A stretch of 64,000 nucleotides of DNA. It comes from an uncultured Bacteroides sp. (GTDB lineage: Bacteria > Bacteroidota > Bacteroidia > Bacteroidales > Muribaculaceae). Made by a program: the position numbers and the translations under genes. Where the stretch lies: the NCBI GenBank assembly GCA_964480085.1, contig CAYZPI010000008.1:585-64584 (forward strand), written 5' to 3'. The notes under the pieces are model-generated. The model was not told the DNA's origin. It searched no databases and saw nothing but the letters and a program-made list of their open reading frames with translations. Of the stretch, positions 18,698 to 29,161 are shown one piece after another (position 1 is the first letter of the stretch; every line of letters begins with the position of its first letter).

Positions 18698-19881
18698 AAC
18701 ATATAGTCGACAAATGCACGGGTTGCTCCGCCTGCTTCTCGATATGTCCCCACCACGCAGTGACCATGCGTCCGGACCAATGGGGATATCTCCGTCCGGT
18801 AATCGACCATTCAGCTTGTGTGTCATGTGGACTATGTGACAAGGCTTGCCCTGAGATTCATCCGGTAGAGCGAAAAACACCAGGGACTGTGATGGCGGCT
18901 GTAGCCGAGCCGGGGATTTCGGCACAATGCTCATCCGGAGGGGTGGCTTCCTCGATAGCCTCTCACATAATCACATCCGCTGGTGTGGTGTACGGATGTA
19001 TGCAGGACGAGGGCACAGCTATCATCCAAAGCCGTGTTTCCGACTGTTCAGGAATTGAAGAAATGAAAGGGTCAAGATATGTGCAAAGCACGGTCGGGCA
19101 CACATTCCGACAATGTCGCGAAGACCTGCGCCAGGGAAAAGAAGTGTTGTACATAGGCACACCATGTCAAATAGCCGGTCTTAAGACATATCTCGGCAAG
19201 CACTATTCCAACCTGTGTACCGTCGACCTGGTATGTCACGGAGTACCTTCCCAGCAGTTGCTCAATGACGAACTCGAATATCTCCGCCGTAAGCATCCAT
19301 TCCCGGAGAACGCACGGATAGGTTTTCGAGATAAGTCCGCCGGTAAAGTGAAATTTGGATTCTACCTCTATCAAGGAAGCGAAAGAGTCTATTCAAGCAA
19401 TTATCCAAAGAATTTCTTTATATCGGGATTCATGAGCGGACTCTTTTTCCGTCCCAACTGTTTCGACTGTCCCTACGCATCTGAAGAACGCGTGGGAGAC
19501 ATCACCTTAGGCGATTTCTGGGGACTTGGCAAAGAATTGCCGTCGAAGATGAATCCCCAGGCGGGTGTGTCGCTCGTGATGGTCAACACCTCCAGAGGTG
19601 CCGAGGTAATGGATAAAGTGAAAAACAGACTTCTGGTGGAACATCGTTCCCTCGACGAGGCGGTAAAAGGCAATACACAGTTACGGCGCCCCTTCACCCG
19701 TCCTGCCGACTACGAAGGCTTTCACAACCTCTACTGCAGCAAGGACTACGCGACAGCGTGCCGCACTTACCTGAGCTCCTATATCCGCGTGAACACCAGA
19801 TATATGCAGATTGAGCAGCATCCAATACTGATGCTCCCCTACCGTATATATCTGAAGATAAAAGGATTGCTACGCCTGTAG
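18688..19881 (+). CDS. 4Fe-4S / FrhB-FdhB (F420 hydrogenase beta-like) protein of polysaccharide loci
   Basis: CTGCSACFSICP, CVSCGLCDKACP, SSGG, GTPCQ, CHGVPS, CFDC and DITLGDFWG. Confidence 0.88.
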   Translation: MEIEHIVDKCTGCSACFSICPHHAVTMRPDQWGYLRPVIDHSACVSCGLCDKACPEIHPVERKTPGTVMAAVAEPGISAQCSSGGVASSIASHIITSAGVVYGCMQDEGTAIIQSRVSDCSGIEEMKGSRYVQSTVGHTFRQCREDLRQGKEVLYIGTPCQIAGLKTYLGKHYSNLCTVDLVCHGVPSQQLLNDELEYLRRKHPFPENARIGFRDKSAGKVKFGFYLYQGSERVYSSNYPKNFFISGFMSGLFFRPNCFDCPYASEERVGDITLGDFWGLGKELPSKMNPQAGVSLVMVNTSRGAEVMDKVKNRLLVEHRSLDEAVKGNTQLRRPFTRPADYEGFHNLYCSKDYATACRTYLSSYIRVNTRYMQIEQHPILMLPYRIYLKIKGLLRL

Positions 19882-19919
19882 AGGTACAGTGCTATTCGCC
19901 TGCGCAATGCCATCAAGTA

Positions 19920-21092
19920 TCAGAATCCACGGCGGCGGATTTTTATGGGGATGGCATCCTGAGGCACTTCATCGACAAGCAGGGCAAGATAGCCTCCTCC
20001 TCCCGCTCCGCACATCTTCCACGCCAGCGCGCCTTTTGCCTTCCATGCGTCAATGTACTCACTCACACCCGGCTGCATCATGGCAGGAAACATAGCCACC
20101 TGGGCATCAAACGAATCACGGTAGGCTTTCGCTGTAGCTTCAAGATCCATTGCCATTATGGCATCCCAGCATCGGGAGGCAGCATCAGTGAGATCCTTCA
20201 CCTTAGCCCGAGTGATATCCTTTCCCTCCACCACACTGAGACCTTTGCGACGCGGGAACATCGGCACCAGGCACAGATGGCTTTCCAGCCACGACAGCAC
20301 CTTCTCGTCATGGCACTGCTCAATCTTGTCGGGCCAGTATCTGCCATCGTAATGATGTCGCGTGAGCCCCGACATGCATATACCTATTGCATCCTGTGCG
20401 CCTGAGACATGTCCCTCGTTCTCCGGATCGTTCTCAAAGCAGAAGAGCAGACGTGCGAGCATCTCCTCATTATAATCGGGCAGCTCGTAAGGCCATATCT
20501 TCCTGGCGGCATTACGTGTGGAGGTCGACATGCCGCCGCGCTCCATGAATTCAATAGTCGGTTCTATCGACACGGTGATGGCCCACCCGTCGCCATACTC
20601 CGACACGTATGGCTGGTCAATCCATGTCCCCGCAAGATCAATGCGGTAAGGGAGACTTGATTTCACATTCGTGCGTAGCGATGTGGTGGAACGCGCTTCC
20701 ATGCCATCGTCGGGCACACGTTCAAGCTCAATGTACTTTATACCCCTCTGACGGCAAAATTCGCGTTTCTCCTCGCTTCCGCCATCAGTATTCACCACAA
20801 AGAAATCCGGCTTGATGCGGTCGACCGAATTGACAAAATCCATGATACCCGACCCATCGTTGATCACGGCGTCTGTCACGTATTTTATGGCTTTCACCAT
20901 ATACAGGCGTTCTTTTTCGGAGTACACCGTCTTGCGGTTCTTGTAAGCTTCGATAGTCTTATCTGACCCTATGCCCACATATAGGTCGCCATATTCAGCG
21001 GCGGCCCTGAAAAAAGCCACGTGTCCGCTGTGGAGCATATCGTAGCATCCGCTGACAAACACTTTTGGGCGTCTCACACTATCATTATTCAT
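19920..21092 (-). CDS. Fusion of a cytidylyl/adenylyltransferase domain and a GHMP-kinase domain
   Basis: N-terminal SGCYDMLHSGH (HxGH); C-terminal PYRIDLAG, GMSTS, SGAQD and GAGGGG. Confidence 0.82.
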   Translation of the reverse strand: MNNDSVRRPKVFVSGCYDMLHSGHVAFFRAAAEYGDLYVGIGSDKTIEAYKNRKTVYSEKERLYMVKAIKYVTDAVINDGSGIMDFVNSVDRIKPDFFVVNTDGGSEEKREFCRQRGIKYIELERVPDDGMEARSTTSLRTNVKSSLPYRIDLAGTWIDQPYVSEYGDGWAITVSIEPTIEFMERGGMSTSTRNAARKIWPYELPDYNEEMLARLLFCFENDPENEGHVSGAQDAIGICMSGLTRHHYDGRYWPDKIEQCHDEKVLSWLESHLCLVPMFPRRKGLSVVEGKDITRAKVKDLTDAASRCWDAIMAMDLEATAKAYRDSFDAQVAMFPAMMQPGVSEYIDAWKAKGALAWKMCGAGGGGYLALLVDEVPQDAIPIKIRRRGF

Positions 21093-21130
21093 CGTTCACT
21101 GTCCACTATTTCATTGTTCACTGTTCATTG
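21078..21130 (-). repeat. Heptamer-repeat array supplying the rfbA stop and the next start codon
   Basis: Minus strand ATGAACAGTGAACAATGAAATAGTGGACAGTGAACGATGAATAATGATAGTG. Confidence 0.65.
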
Positions 21131-22019
21131 CCCCACTACGCTTCATCTCATCGATGACCTTGAGAAGGTACCGGCCGTACTGGTTCTTGATCATCGGGGC
21201 TGCAAGCTGACGCATTCGCTCTTCGTCGATCCAGCCTTTGCGGTAGGCTATGCCTTCAAGACAGGCTATCTTCAGTCCCTGGCGCTTCTCTATCACCTCT
21301 ATGAAAGTTGAGGCTTCGCTCAGTGAGTCATGGGTACCGGTGTCAAGCCATGCAAACCCACGTCCCAACGTCTGCACCTTCAGCTCTCCGTCGGAAAGAA
21401 AACGCTGGTTCACGGTGGTGATTTCCAGTTCGCCACGTACCGAAGGCTTGATGTTTTGAGCCACATCCACCACCTTGTTGGGATAAAAATAAAGCCCCAC
21501 CACGGCATAATTGCTTTTCGGATGCGCAGGTTTCTCCTCGATGGAGAGGCAGTTGCCGTCCTTGTCGAACTCCGCCACTCCATATCGCTCCGGATCGTCC
21601 ACCCAATAGCCGAACACCGTGGCCTTGCCATCCTTTTCCGCCCTGTCCACTGCCTGATGGAGCATAGAAGTGAAGCCTGAACCATGGAAGATGTTGTCTC
21701 CTAAGACCAGACACACCGAATCGTCACCGATGAAATCCTTTCCTATGATGAAAGCTTGAGCAAGACCATCGGGCGAAGGCTGCTCGGCATAACTGAATCT
21801 CACTCCATAGTCGCTGCCATCACCAAGCAGACGCTTGAATCCCGGAAGATCGTAAGGCGTGGAGATAATGAGGATATCGCGTATTCCGGCAAGCATCAGC
21901 ACAGATATCGGATAGTACACCATTGGCTTGTCGAAAATAGGAAGCAACTGCTTGCTCACACCTTTGGTGATGGGATACAGACGGGTGCCGGAGCCACCGG
22001 CCAACACTATTCCTTTCAT
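21111..22019 (-). CDS. rfbA: Glucose-1-phosphate thymidylyltransferase
   Basis: [33 protein letters not shown] and WLDTGT; start at ATG 22019. Confidence 0.96.
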   Translation of the reverse strand: MKGIVLAGGSGTRLYPITKGVSKQLLPIFDKPMVYYPISVLMLAGIRDILIISTPYDLPGFKRLLGDGSDYGVRFSYAEQPSPDGLAQAFIIGKDFIGDDSVCLVLGDNIFHGSGFTSMLHQAVDRAEKDGKATVFGYWVDDPERYGVAEFDKDGNCLSIEEKPAHPKSNYAVVGLYFYPNKVVDVAQNIKPSVRGELEITTVNQRFLSDGELKVQTLGRGFAWLDTGTHDSLSEASTFIEVIEKRQGLKIACLEGIAYRKGWIDEERMRQLAAPMIKNQYGRYLLKVIDEMKRSGAMNSEQ

Positions 22020-22023
22020 TGAT

Positions 22024-22075
22024 ATTATTTTGATTAACTTCGACAAAGTTAATCAAAATAATTATTCTATGCAAA
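22024..22075 (-). promoter_or_regulatory. rfbA promoter overlapped by a 17-bp perfect inverted repeat
   Basis: Minus strand TTTG-N20-TAACTTTG; inverted repeat ATTATTTTGATTAACTT (22024-22040) / AAGTTAATCAAAATAAT (22046-22062). Confidence 0.65.
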
Positions 22076-22104
22076 AAAATAGCCGTGTCGTTACCGGCAC
22101 GGCT
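22073..22104 (-). terminator. Intrinsic terminator of the lipoprotein gene
   Basis: AGCCGTG(T/C)CG hairpin followed by T7 on the minus strand. Confidence 0.75.
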
Positions 22105-22134
22105 GAAGATATCTGAGGTAATCGGTATCTGCGT

Positions 22135-22620
22135 TTATTTGAGCGATACGGTGCGGGTGGCTGTTGCACCGGCGCTTCTTGAAGCGCCACCGGGGATATC
22201 ATCGGCTGAGGCAACAACCTTGAACGGATAGTTGAGTGCTGCCGAGGCTATGCTCTTGTCGGGAGCGAGCACTGTGCAAGCCACACCGAGATCATAGCTG
22301 CCAACAGGGGTCTCTTCATCGGTGATGGTATAAGCCGGGAAAGGCGAAAAGAGGGATTCACCGATGAAATAACCATTCACATAATATCTTACATTGGTGA
22401 CAGCGGCATTCTTGCCGGCCTCATTATTTGTGACGGATATGCCTGTGACATTGAGCGTATCACCCTGCACCACATATATCGTACCATCTACCATAGTGCC
22501 GTTCTCGACATCGAGTGCAATATTAACATCGGGCAGGTCATCATCGTTGCTGCATGACGCGAGGGACATAGCCATTACAGGAAGCACCGCTAAGAGCATG
22601 GAATAAAATAACTTCTTCAT
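22135..22620 (-). CDS. Hypothetical lipoprotein (Ig-like)
   Basis: Lipobox LASC followed by the acidic SNDDD surface-export-like motif. Confidence 0.75.
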   Translation of the reverse strand: MKKLFYSMLLAVLPVMAMSLASCSNDDDLPDVNIALDVENGTMVDGTIYVVQGDTLNVTGISVTNNEAGKNAAVTNVRYYVNGYFIGESLFSPFPAYTITDEETPVGSYDLGVACTVLAPDKSIASAALNYPFKVVASADDIPGGASRSAGATATRTVSLK

Positions 22621-22835
22621 GTTTGTGTGTGTTTTTTTAGTTGAACGATTAAGTAATTTTCTTTATGTAATATAATAACGACGGACAATCATAATAAGTT
22701 TGCTCCCGCTTCAAAAATTCAACCTTTATCTCCAACTTTCACGCACAAAGATTGAAATTTATAAGGTGAAATTGGGGATTTTTTGTTAATTTTACGCTTT
22801 CAAAATAAAAACTAATCGAAAATACGACAGAAAAT

Positions 22836-25800
22836 ATGAGAAAACTGATTCAGATACTCGCCTTTATGGCCATTCCGGCTATTGCAGGGGCATACACTCC
22901 CCTCTGGCTGCGCGATGCCAGGATATCGCCCGATGGAAAAAACATCGCATTCTGCTACAAAGGCGACATCTGGAAGGTGGCCACAACAGGTGGCGAGGCA
23001 GTGCGCCTCACATCGAGTCCTGATTATGAGGCCTCGCCTGTATGGAGTCCCGACAGCCGCATGATAGCTTTCAGCTCCGACCGCAACGGCAACGACGACA
23101 TCTTCATCATGCCGGCCGCCGGAGGTGCCCCCACCCGGCTAACATTCAATTCAGCCACTGAGATTCCCGAGGCATTCTCTCCCGATGGCAAATATGTGCT
23201 CTTCTCCGCTGCGATACAGGATCCGACAGCGAGCGCACAGTTTCCGTCGGGACGCATGAGCGAGCTCTACCGAGTGCCGGTGAATGGCGGGGCTTCACAA
23301 CAGGTGATCGGCACCCCGGCCCGGTTCATCAATTTCGTACCCGGAACCGGCGGCAAGATGCTCTACCAGGATGTGAAAGGCTTCGAGAACGAATGGCGTA
23401 AGCACCAGCGCAGCAGTGTCACTGCAGATGTGTGGCTCTACGATCCCGCCACAGGCAGCCACACCAACCTCACGGCACGAGAAGGCGAGGACCGCAATCC
23501 AGTGGCTGCGCCCGACGCATTTTATTTCCTGAGCGAACGCGACGGCGGTTCTATGAATGTCTACCGGTCGACCCTCGACAATCCGGCGCAGGTGAAGGCC
23601 GTGACCTCGTTCAAGACCCATCCCGTGAGATTCCTCTCGATGAGCGATGGTGGAAAACTATGCTACACCTACGATGGTGAGATCTACACCCAGGATGCCA
23701 AAGGCCGACCATCGAAAGTGGCGATCAATATTGTCGACGACACCACCGACGACCCCTACAAGATGTCGCTGCCGCGTCCGTCGGAAATCGCCGTGTCACC
23801 CGACGGCAAATCCGTGGCTTTCATATCCCGTGGCGATGTGTTCGTCACCTCGGTGGACTATGCCACCACCAAGCAGATCACCCACACGCCCGAAGCCGAG
23901 AAATGGGTGGCGTGGGGCGACAGCTCGAAAACTCTGCTCTACACTACAGAACGCGACGGCAAATACAATATCTATGAGGCAAAGAAAGTACGCAAGGACG
24001 ATCCCAATTTCGCCAATGCCACCCTCATCGACGAAAAGCCTCTCTTCAAAGCCGACCAACACGAACGCACGGTGCCCAAACTTTCGCCTGACGGCAAGAA
24101 ATTAGCTTTCATCCTCGACCGCAATATCCTGGCTGTACGCGACATGGAGTCGGGCAAAGTGAAGCAGCTCACCGACGGGTCGACATACAGGCAACGCGAC
24201 GGCCATTTCACCTTCGACTGGAGTCCCGACTCGAAATGGATCGCTCTCGAAACCACTGATCGCGACCCCTATACCGACATTGCCATAATCAATGTCGAGG
24301 ACGGAACCCTCACCAACATCACCCGCAGCGGATATTTCGACAACAGCCCGCGTTGGGTGCTCGACGGCAATGCTCTGATATTCGCGTCCGAACGCTATGG
24401 TATGCGCAACCATGCCTCGTGGGGTTCAATGTACGATGTGATGATAGTGTTCCTCAACCAGGAAAGCTATGATAAGTTCAAGCTCAACAAGGAGGATGCC
24501 GAACTCGCCGAAGAGGCAGAGAAACTCGCGGCCGCCAAAGATGACGATTCCGACAAGAAGGATGACAAGACTATCAATGTTGAACTCGAAGGTATCGAAG
24601 ACCGCATAGTGCGCCTGACCCCCTTCTCTTCCGACCTGCTCGATGCCATCATCACTGCCGATGGCGACAAACTGCTCTTCATCACCTCCGGCGATGAAGA
24701 CAACAGCCTGTGGGAGCTGAACCTCCGCGATGGCGACACTGACATGGTGAAGACAATATCGGGAGGACTGACTTCATTCGACGCCTCAGCCGACCTTAAG
24801 AAAATCTTCCTCGTGGGACGCACGATGAATCTTCTGGGACTCTCCGGCTATAAACTCACCCCCGTAACCTACACCGGAACAATGACAATCGACCCCACCG
24901 CTGAACGCACATATATGTTCGACAACATCGTCAGGGAAGAGCGTGAGCGGTTCTATGACAAGAATATGCACGGTGTGGACTGGAACTCCCTCACCGATCA
25001 TTACCGCAAGTTCCTGCCACACATCACCAACAATCAGGACTTCACCGAGATGCTCAGTGAGCTTTTGGGCGAACTCAATGTCAGCCATACAGGCGGCAGG
25101 ATGTATGCCTCATCAAAGGCCGGAGCCGACCGCACTGCTTCTTTAGGACTGCTCTACGACATGACCTACACAGGCGACGGGCTACGCATCGACGAGGTGG
25201 TGGCCAAGGGACCGTTGGCCACGGCCGCCTCGAAAGCCGCCCCCGGCGTGATTGTGGAGAAGATCAATGGCGTAGCTGTCACTCCACAGACCGACTACAC
25301 CACCCTTCTCACCGATATGGCAGGAAAGAACACTCTGGTATCGTTCCATGACCCGGCTTCCGGCGAACGCTGGGACGAGGTGGTGAAACCCATAACGGCA
25401 TCGAAGATGAGCAATCTGCTCTACAAGCGCTGGGTGGATGCACGTGCTGCCGATGTCGACCGCTGGAGCAACGGTCGCCTTGGCTATGTGCATATCGAGT
25501 CGATGAACGATGCCTCGTTCCGCAAATTATATTCCGACGCTTTAGGAAAGTACAACGACCGAGAGGGACTCGTTGTGGATATCCGCTGGAATGGCGGAGG
25601 CCGTCTGCACGAGGATATCGAGGCGTTCCTCACCGGTGAGAAGTATCTTACACAGACCATCCGTGGCACTGCAAGCTGCGACATGCCTTCACGCCGCTGG
25701 AACAAACCGTCGATAATGGTGATAAGCGAGGCTTGCTATTCCAACGCACATGGCACTCCGTGGGTGTACAAACACCAGAATATAGGTAAACTCGTAGGCA

Positions 25801-26024
25801 TGCCTGTACCCGGCACGATGACATCGGTCAACTGGGTGACGATGCAGGATCCTTCGATGTATTTCGGTATTCCCATCATCGGCTATCTCACCGCCGATGG
25901 CAATTACCTGGAGAACTCGCAGCTTGAGCCCGACATAAAAGTCAGCAATGATCCAGCCACCATAGTCACCGGCGAAGATGCTCAGCTGCGAAAGGCTGTT
26001 GAGACACTGCTTAAGGATCTTTGA
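22836..26024 (+). CDS. Tricorn-like S41 peptidase with PD40 propellers and PDZ domain
   Basis: Repeated (W/F)SPDG/S motifs, GELNVSH, DIRWNGGG, CYSNAH and EPDI. Confidence 0.9.
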   Translation: MRKLIQILAFMAIPAIAGAYTPLWLRDARISPDGKNIAFCYKGDIWKVATTGGEAVRLTSSPDYEASPVWSPDSRMIAFSSDRNGNDDIFIMPAAGGAPTRLTFNSATEIPEAFSPDGKYVLFSAAIQDPTASAQFPSGRMSELYRVPVNGGASQQVIGTPARFINFVPGTGGKMLYQDVKGFENEWRKHQRSSVTADVWLYDPATGSHTNLTAREGEDRNPVAAPDAFYFLSERDGGSMNVYRSTLDNPAQVKAVTSFKTHPVRFLSMSDGGKLCYTYDGEIYTQDAKGRPSKVAINIVDDTTDDPYKMSLPRPSEIAVSPDGKSVAFISRGDVFVTSVDYATTKQITHTPEAEKWVAWGDSSKTLLYTTERDGKYNIYEAKKVRKDDPNFANATLIDEKPLFKADQHERTVPKLSPDGKKLAFILDRNILAVRDMESGKVKQLTDGSTYRQRDGHFTFDWSPDSKWIALETTDRDPYTDIAIINVEDGTLTNITRSGYFDNSPRWVLDGNALIFASERYGMRNHASWGSMYDVMIVFLNQESYDKFKLNKEDAELAEEAEKLAAAKDDDSDKKDDKTINVELEGIEDRIVRLTPFSSDLLDAIITADGDKLLFITSGDEDNSLWELNLRDGDTDMVKTISGGLTSFDASADLKKIFLVGRTMNLLGLSGYKLTPVTYTGTMTIDPTAERTYMFDNIVREERERFYDKNMHGVDWNSLTDHYRKFLPHITNNQDFTEMLSELLGELNVSHTGGRMYASSKAGADRTASLGLLYDMTYTGDGLRIDEVVAKGPLATAASKAAPGVIVEKINGVAVTPQTDYTTLLTDMAGKNTLVSFHDPASGERWDEVVKPITASKMSNLLYKRWVDARAADVDRWSNGRLGYVHIESMNDASFRKLYSDALGKYNDREGLVVDIRWNGGGRLHEDIEAFLTGEKYLTQTIRGTASCDMPSRRWNKPSIMVISEACYSNAHGTPWVYKHQNIGKLVGMPVPGTMTSVNWVTMQDPSMYFGIPIIGYLTADGNYLENSQLEPDIKVSNDPATIVTGEDAQLRKAVETLLKDL

Positions 26025-26052
26025 GGATTTCTATAAAACCTGTGGATGCGAT

Positions 26053-26988
26053 TTAGAGGCTGTCTATTTCAGCTGTGGGTAGCTGACGGATGTCTGATGT
26101 CTCCTCCCGCACTGTGTCGGGAATCTCTTTGCTGATGCTGTCTGTGGCGACTGACTGTAAGGTGTCGGCCGGTTCTACAGGCTTTGGGAGCACCAGCGGA
26201 GTGGGCCGAGTCTTCCCCGTGCTGACAGCCGGAATATCATAACCCTCCTCTTCGTTCACCGCCATGTCGCGCCGTCCGGGACTCACTATCACGGGCATCC
26301 CCGGCTCAACGAGTTCGGCGAGTTCAAGAATGTTCTCGTTGGAGATGCGTATGCATCCATGACTGCGCCGTCCGCCAAGACTCCAGGGGGCACAGGTGCC
26401 GTGTATGCCTATCTGCGAAGTCACAGGCACCTTCAATCTAAGGAATTTCGGTCCGAACTGACCCTTCACATCGCTTGTATGCCCGTCATCGTCAGTGAAT
26501 AGCCACTCAGAGCTGTCATATATGCCCTCGATACTGAAGAAACCCTCCGGTGTGCGGTTGTCGGCCCGCTTGTGCTTTGTGCCGTAATTTTTCGAGCACG
26601 CCATCTTGTATTCTTTCATCACCCGGCCATACACATCATACAGAATCACACGCATTGTGAATTTGTCCACCACGATGAAACCATCGTGAGTGTTGTTGAG
26701 AAGCTTGATGGCATATTTGGGCACCTCCTCAAGCATACGCGGCAGAATCCCCGCATTATATTTCGCAGAATCTTCCGGTGCCGTCATCATGGCCAACGCC
26801 TCTTCTGACGTGTGCACCTGCTCACGCACAGATTCAGGCTCCTGTTCGGATTCTGACAGATCAATGGTATCCTCTTCAGCACTTTCCTGAACTACGGAAA
26901 TACGGTCGCGGTTGCCGCAACCATTAAACATAGCTGCAGCCACCGCGAGAGATGATACGACAAATAATTTCCTGCTGTTGAGAATCAA
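26053..26988 (-). CDS. L,D-transpeptidase (YkuD family) lipoprotein
   Basis: TPEGFF and IGIHGT...SHGCIRI catalytic motif; lipobox FNGC; TTG start. Confidence 0.88.
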   Translation of the reverse strand: MILNSRKLFVVSSLAVAAAMFNGCGNRDRISVVQESAEEDTIDLSESEQEPESVREQVHTSEEALAMMTAPEDSAKYNAGILPRMLEEVPKYAIKLLNNTHDGFIVVDKFTMRVILYDVYGRVMKEYKMACSKNYGTKHKRADNRTPEGFFSIEGIYDSSEWLFTDDDGHTSDVKGQFGPKFLRLKVPVTSQIGIHGTCAPWSLGGRRSHGCIRISNENILELAELVEPGMPVIVSPGRRDMAVNEEEGYDIPAVSTGKTRPTPLVLPKPVEPADTLQSVATDSISKEIPDTVREETSDIRQLPTAEIDSL

Positions 26989-27030
26989 TGGATAGTGAAT
27001 GACACATGTGAATAATGGAGGAGGAAATCA

Positions 27031-29031
27031 CTATCGGGCAAGGATGAGCGCCGACACGGGTGCCACTTCCGTCTTGCCCCCTGTCTGGGTGCCAAGTCCC
27101 TGGGAATTGAGTCGTCCGTCGGTGGCGATCACCGTCCACTGTCCTTTGGGAATGTTCACGGTTACAGGATTGGAGTTGCCGTTGAATACAAGTTTAATCT
27201 CTTTCCATGTATCGCCGTTGGCGTTATCCTTTATCGAATAACTTATTACATTCTCTTGATTGACCTTATCGAACACGATGTGCCTGGCGATGTCGGCAGC
27301 AGTGGTCATTCGGAAAGCCGGATGCTGCTTACGCAGGGCTATCAGTTCCTTGTAATAGTTGAACTGGTCGGCATTCTTGTGCTTCAGAGTCCAGTCGATG
27401 GCGTTGATTGAGTCAGGCGACTTGTAGGAATTATGCACACCCTTCTTGTCGCGGAACACCTCCTCGCCGGCGAACATGAACGGAGTACCTTGAGAGGTAA
27501 ACACTATCGTCTGAGCCAGACGGGCTGCCCGCTGCCTGTCGGCCTCCGTACTGCCGGGCATGGATTTGGCGAGCTTGTCGGTGAGGGTAAGGTCATCATG
27601 ACACGACACATAGTTGATCACCTCTGTAGGAGCCTTTGCATAGGCAAATTTCGAATTATTGCCTTTCGAGTAGTCCACCTGGGGATGAGCTGTAGCAGCC
27701 ACAATTCCGATCTTGACTGTCTCTTCGTTACCAGATTTACCGGTTACGAAACCACGCTCCTCGGCATTGCTGTAGTGCCCCTTTATGGCGTCGCGTATAT
27801 CATCGGAGAACACCGCTACTCCATCCATCATGGCCACATTCTCCTTCAGGGCGCGTTGTTCCACGGGCAGAGGCGAGTCGCCGGCAGTCCAGCCTTCGCC
27901 GTAAACAAATATCGACGGATTGATTTTCTTGAGTTCTGCCGCCACTTCATTCATGGTCTCGATATCATGGATTGCCATCAGGTCGAATCTGAAACCATCT
28001 ATATGGTACTCATCCGCCCAATATTTTACGGAATTCACTATGAAATCCCTCATCTGCTGCCGCTCTGAGGCAGTCTCATTTCCGCAACCAGATGCGTCGG
28101 AGTATGTGCCGTCGGGACGGTGACGGTAATAATATCCGGGGGCAGTCAGGGAGAAATTCGAATCATCGTTGTTGGCCGTATGGTTGTACACCACATCCAT
28201 CACCACGCCTATGCCCGCATCATGGAGAGCCTTGACCATCTCCTTCATCTCGCGCACACGTGTGGCCGGATCGGAGGGATTGGTAGAGTAAGAGCCTTCC
28301 GGAGCATTGTAGTTGAAGGGATCATAGCCCCAGTTGTATTGGTTGGAGGGGATATTGGTCTCATCCACGGAGTTGTAGTCGTATGAAGGAAGAATATGCA
28401 CGTGTGTCACACCCAGTTCCTTAAGGTGATCGATACCGGTCTTGTCTCCAAGGGCGCTCTTTGTCTGCTGCTCTGTGAGGGCTAAGAATTTTCCTTTGTT
28501 GGCTATGCCCGACGACGGATCGATGGAGAAATCACGATGGTGCATCTCGTAGATCACGGCATCGGTGATATTATCGAGTTTCGGACCCTTGTCGGTATCC
28601 CATCCGGAAGGATTAGTACCATCAAAATCAATGATGGCGGCTCTCTGACCGTTCACTCCCACAGCCTTGGCCCACACGCCGGGAGTTTCGGCAAGCCATT
28701 TGCCATCATGCTTTATGCGGAAAGTGTAGAATTTGCCGTAAAGCCGTTCTGCCACGGATGCCCTCCATACCCCATTCTCACCTTTTGTCATGGGCAAGGT
28801 AAGGTAGGCGGGTGTATTGCGTCCGGTGTCGTAAAGCATCACCTCGGCAGCCTGGGCCTCCGGACTCCAAAGGGCAAAATGTGTGCCTGTGGCATCCACG
28901 GTCATTTCAAGGTCGGTGCCGTCGTAGGTGGGAAAATCGTCAAATCTTGAATCCTGGTTGCGGGCGTTGATTGTGCCGCACATCAGCGAGGCTACAATCA
29001 TTGCCCCTGTAAATTTCTTTAGAATGGACAT
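27031..29031 (-). CDS. pulA: Type I pullulanase (GH13)
   Basis: YNWGYDP, DVVYNH, DGFRFDLM, YGEGW and YVSCHD; signal peptide. Confidence 0.94.
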   Translation of the reverse strand: MSILKKFTGAMIVASLMCGTINARNQDSRFDDFPTYDGTDLEMTVDATGTHFALWSPEAQAAEVMLYDTGRNTPAYLTLPMTKGENGVWRASVAERLYGKFYTFRIKHDGKWLAETPGVWAKAVGVNGQRAAIIDFDGTNPSGWDTDKGPKLDNITDAVIYEMHHRDFSIDPSSGIANKGKFLALTEQQTKSALGDKTGIDHLKELGVTHVHILPSYDYNSVDETNIPSNQYNWGYDPFNYNAPEGSYSTNPSDPATRVREMKEMVKALHDAGIGVVMDVVYNHTANNDDSNFSLTAPGYYYRHRPDGTYSDASGCGNETASERQQMRDFIVNSVKYWADEYHIDGFRFDLMAIHDIETMNEVAAELKKINPSIFVYGEGWTAGDSPLPVEQRALKENVAMMDGVAVFSDDIRDAIKGHYSNAEERGFVTGKSGNEETVKIGIVAATAHPQVDYSKGNNSKFAYAKAPTEVINYVSCHDDLTLTDKLAKSMPGSTEADRQRAARLAQTIVFTSQGTPFMFAGEEVFRDKKGVHNSYKSPDSINAIDWTLKHKNADQFNYYKELIALRKQHPAFRMTTAADIARHIVFDKVNQENVISYSIKDNANGDTWKEIKLVFNGNSNPVTVNIPKGQWTVIATDGRLNSQGLGTQTGGKTEVAPVSALILAR

Positions 29032-29161
29032 GTTCTGTTGGTAAGGTTGAATAATGGTTGACTAAAATTCAGGTTATGAAAAAAACACATCATCTGATGT
29101 AGGGACGTGCCTTCACTTCTTTAGGCAGATGGTCGCAGGGAAAAAAGGCACCCTTATGGCG

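Noticed and set aside
18688-19881. A true F420 hydrogenase or methanogenesis gene
   Set aside because: No other hydrogenase subunits are present; the glycosyltransferase context fits the polysaccharide-locus FrhB-like family.
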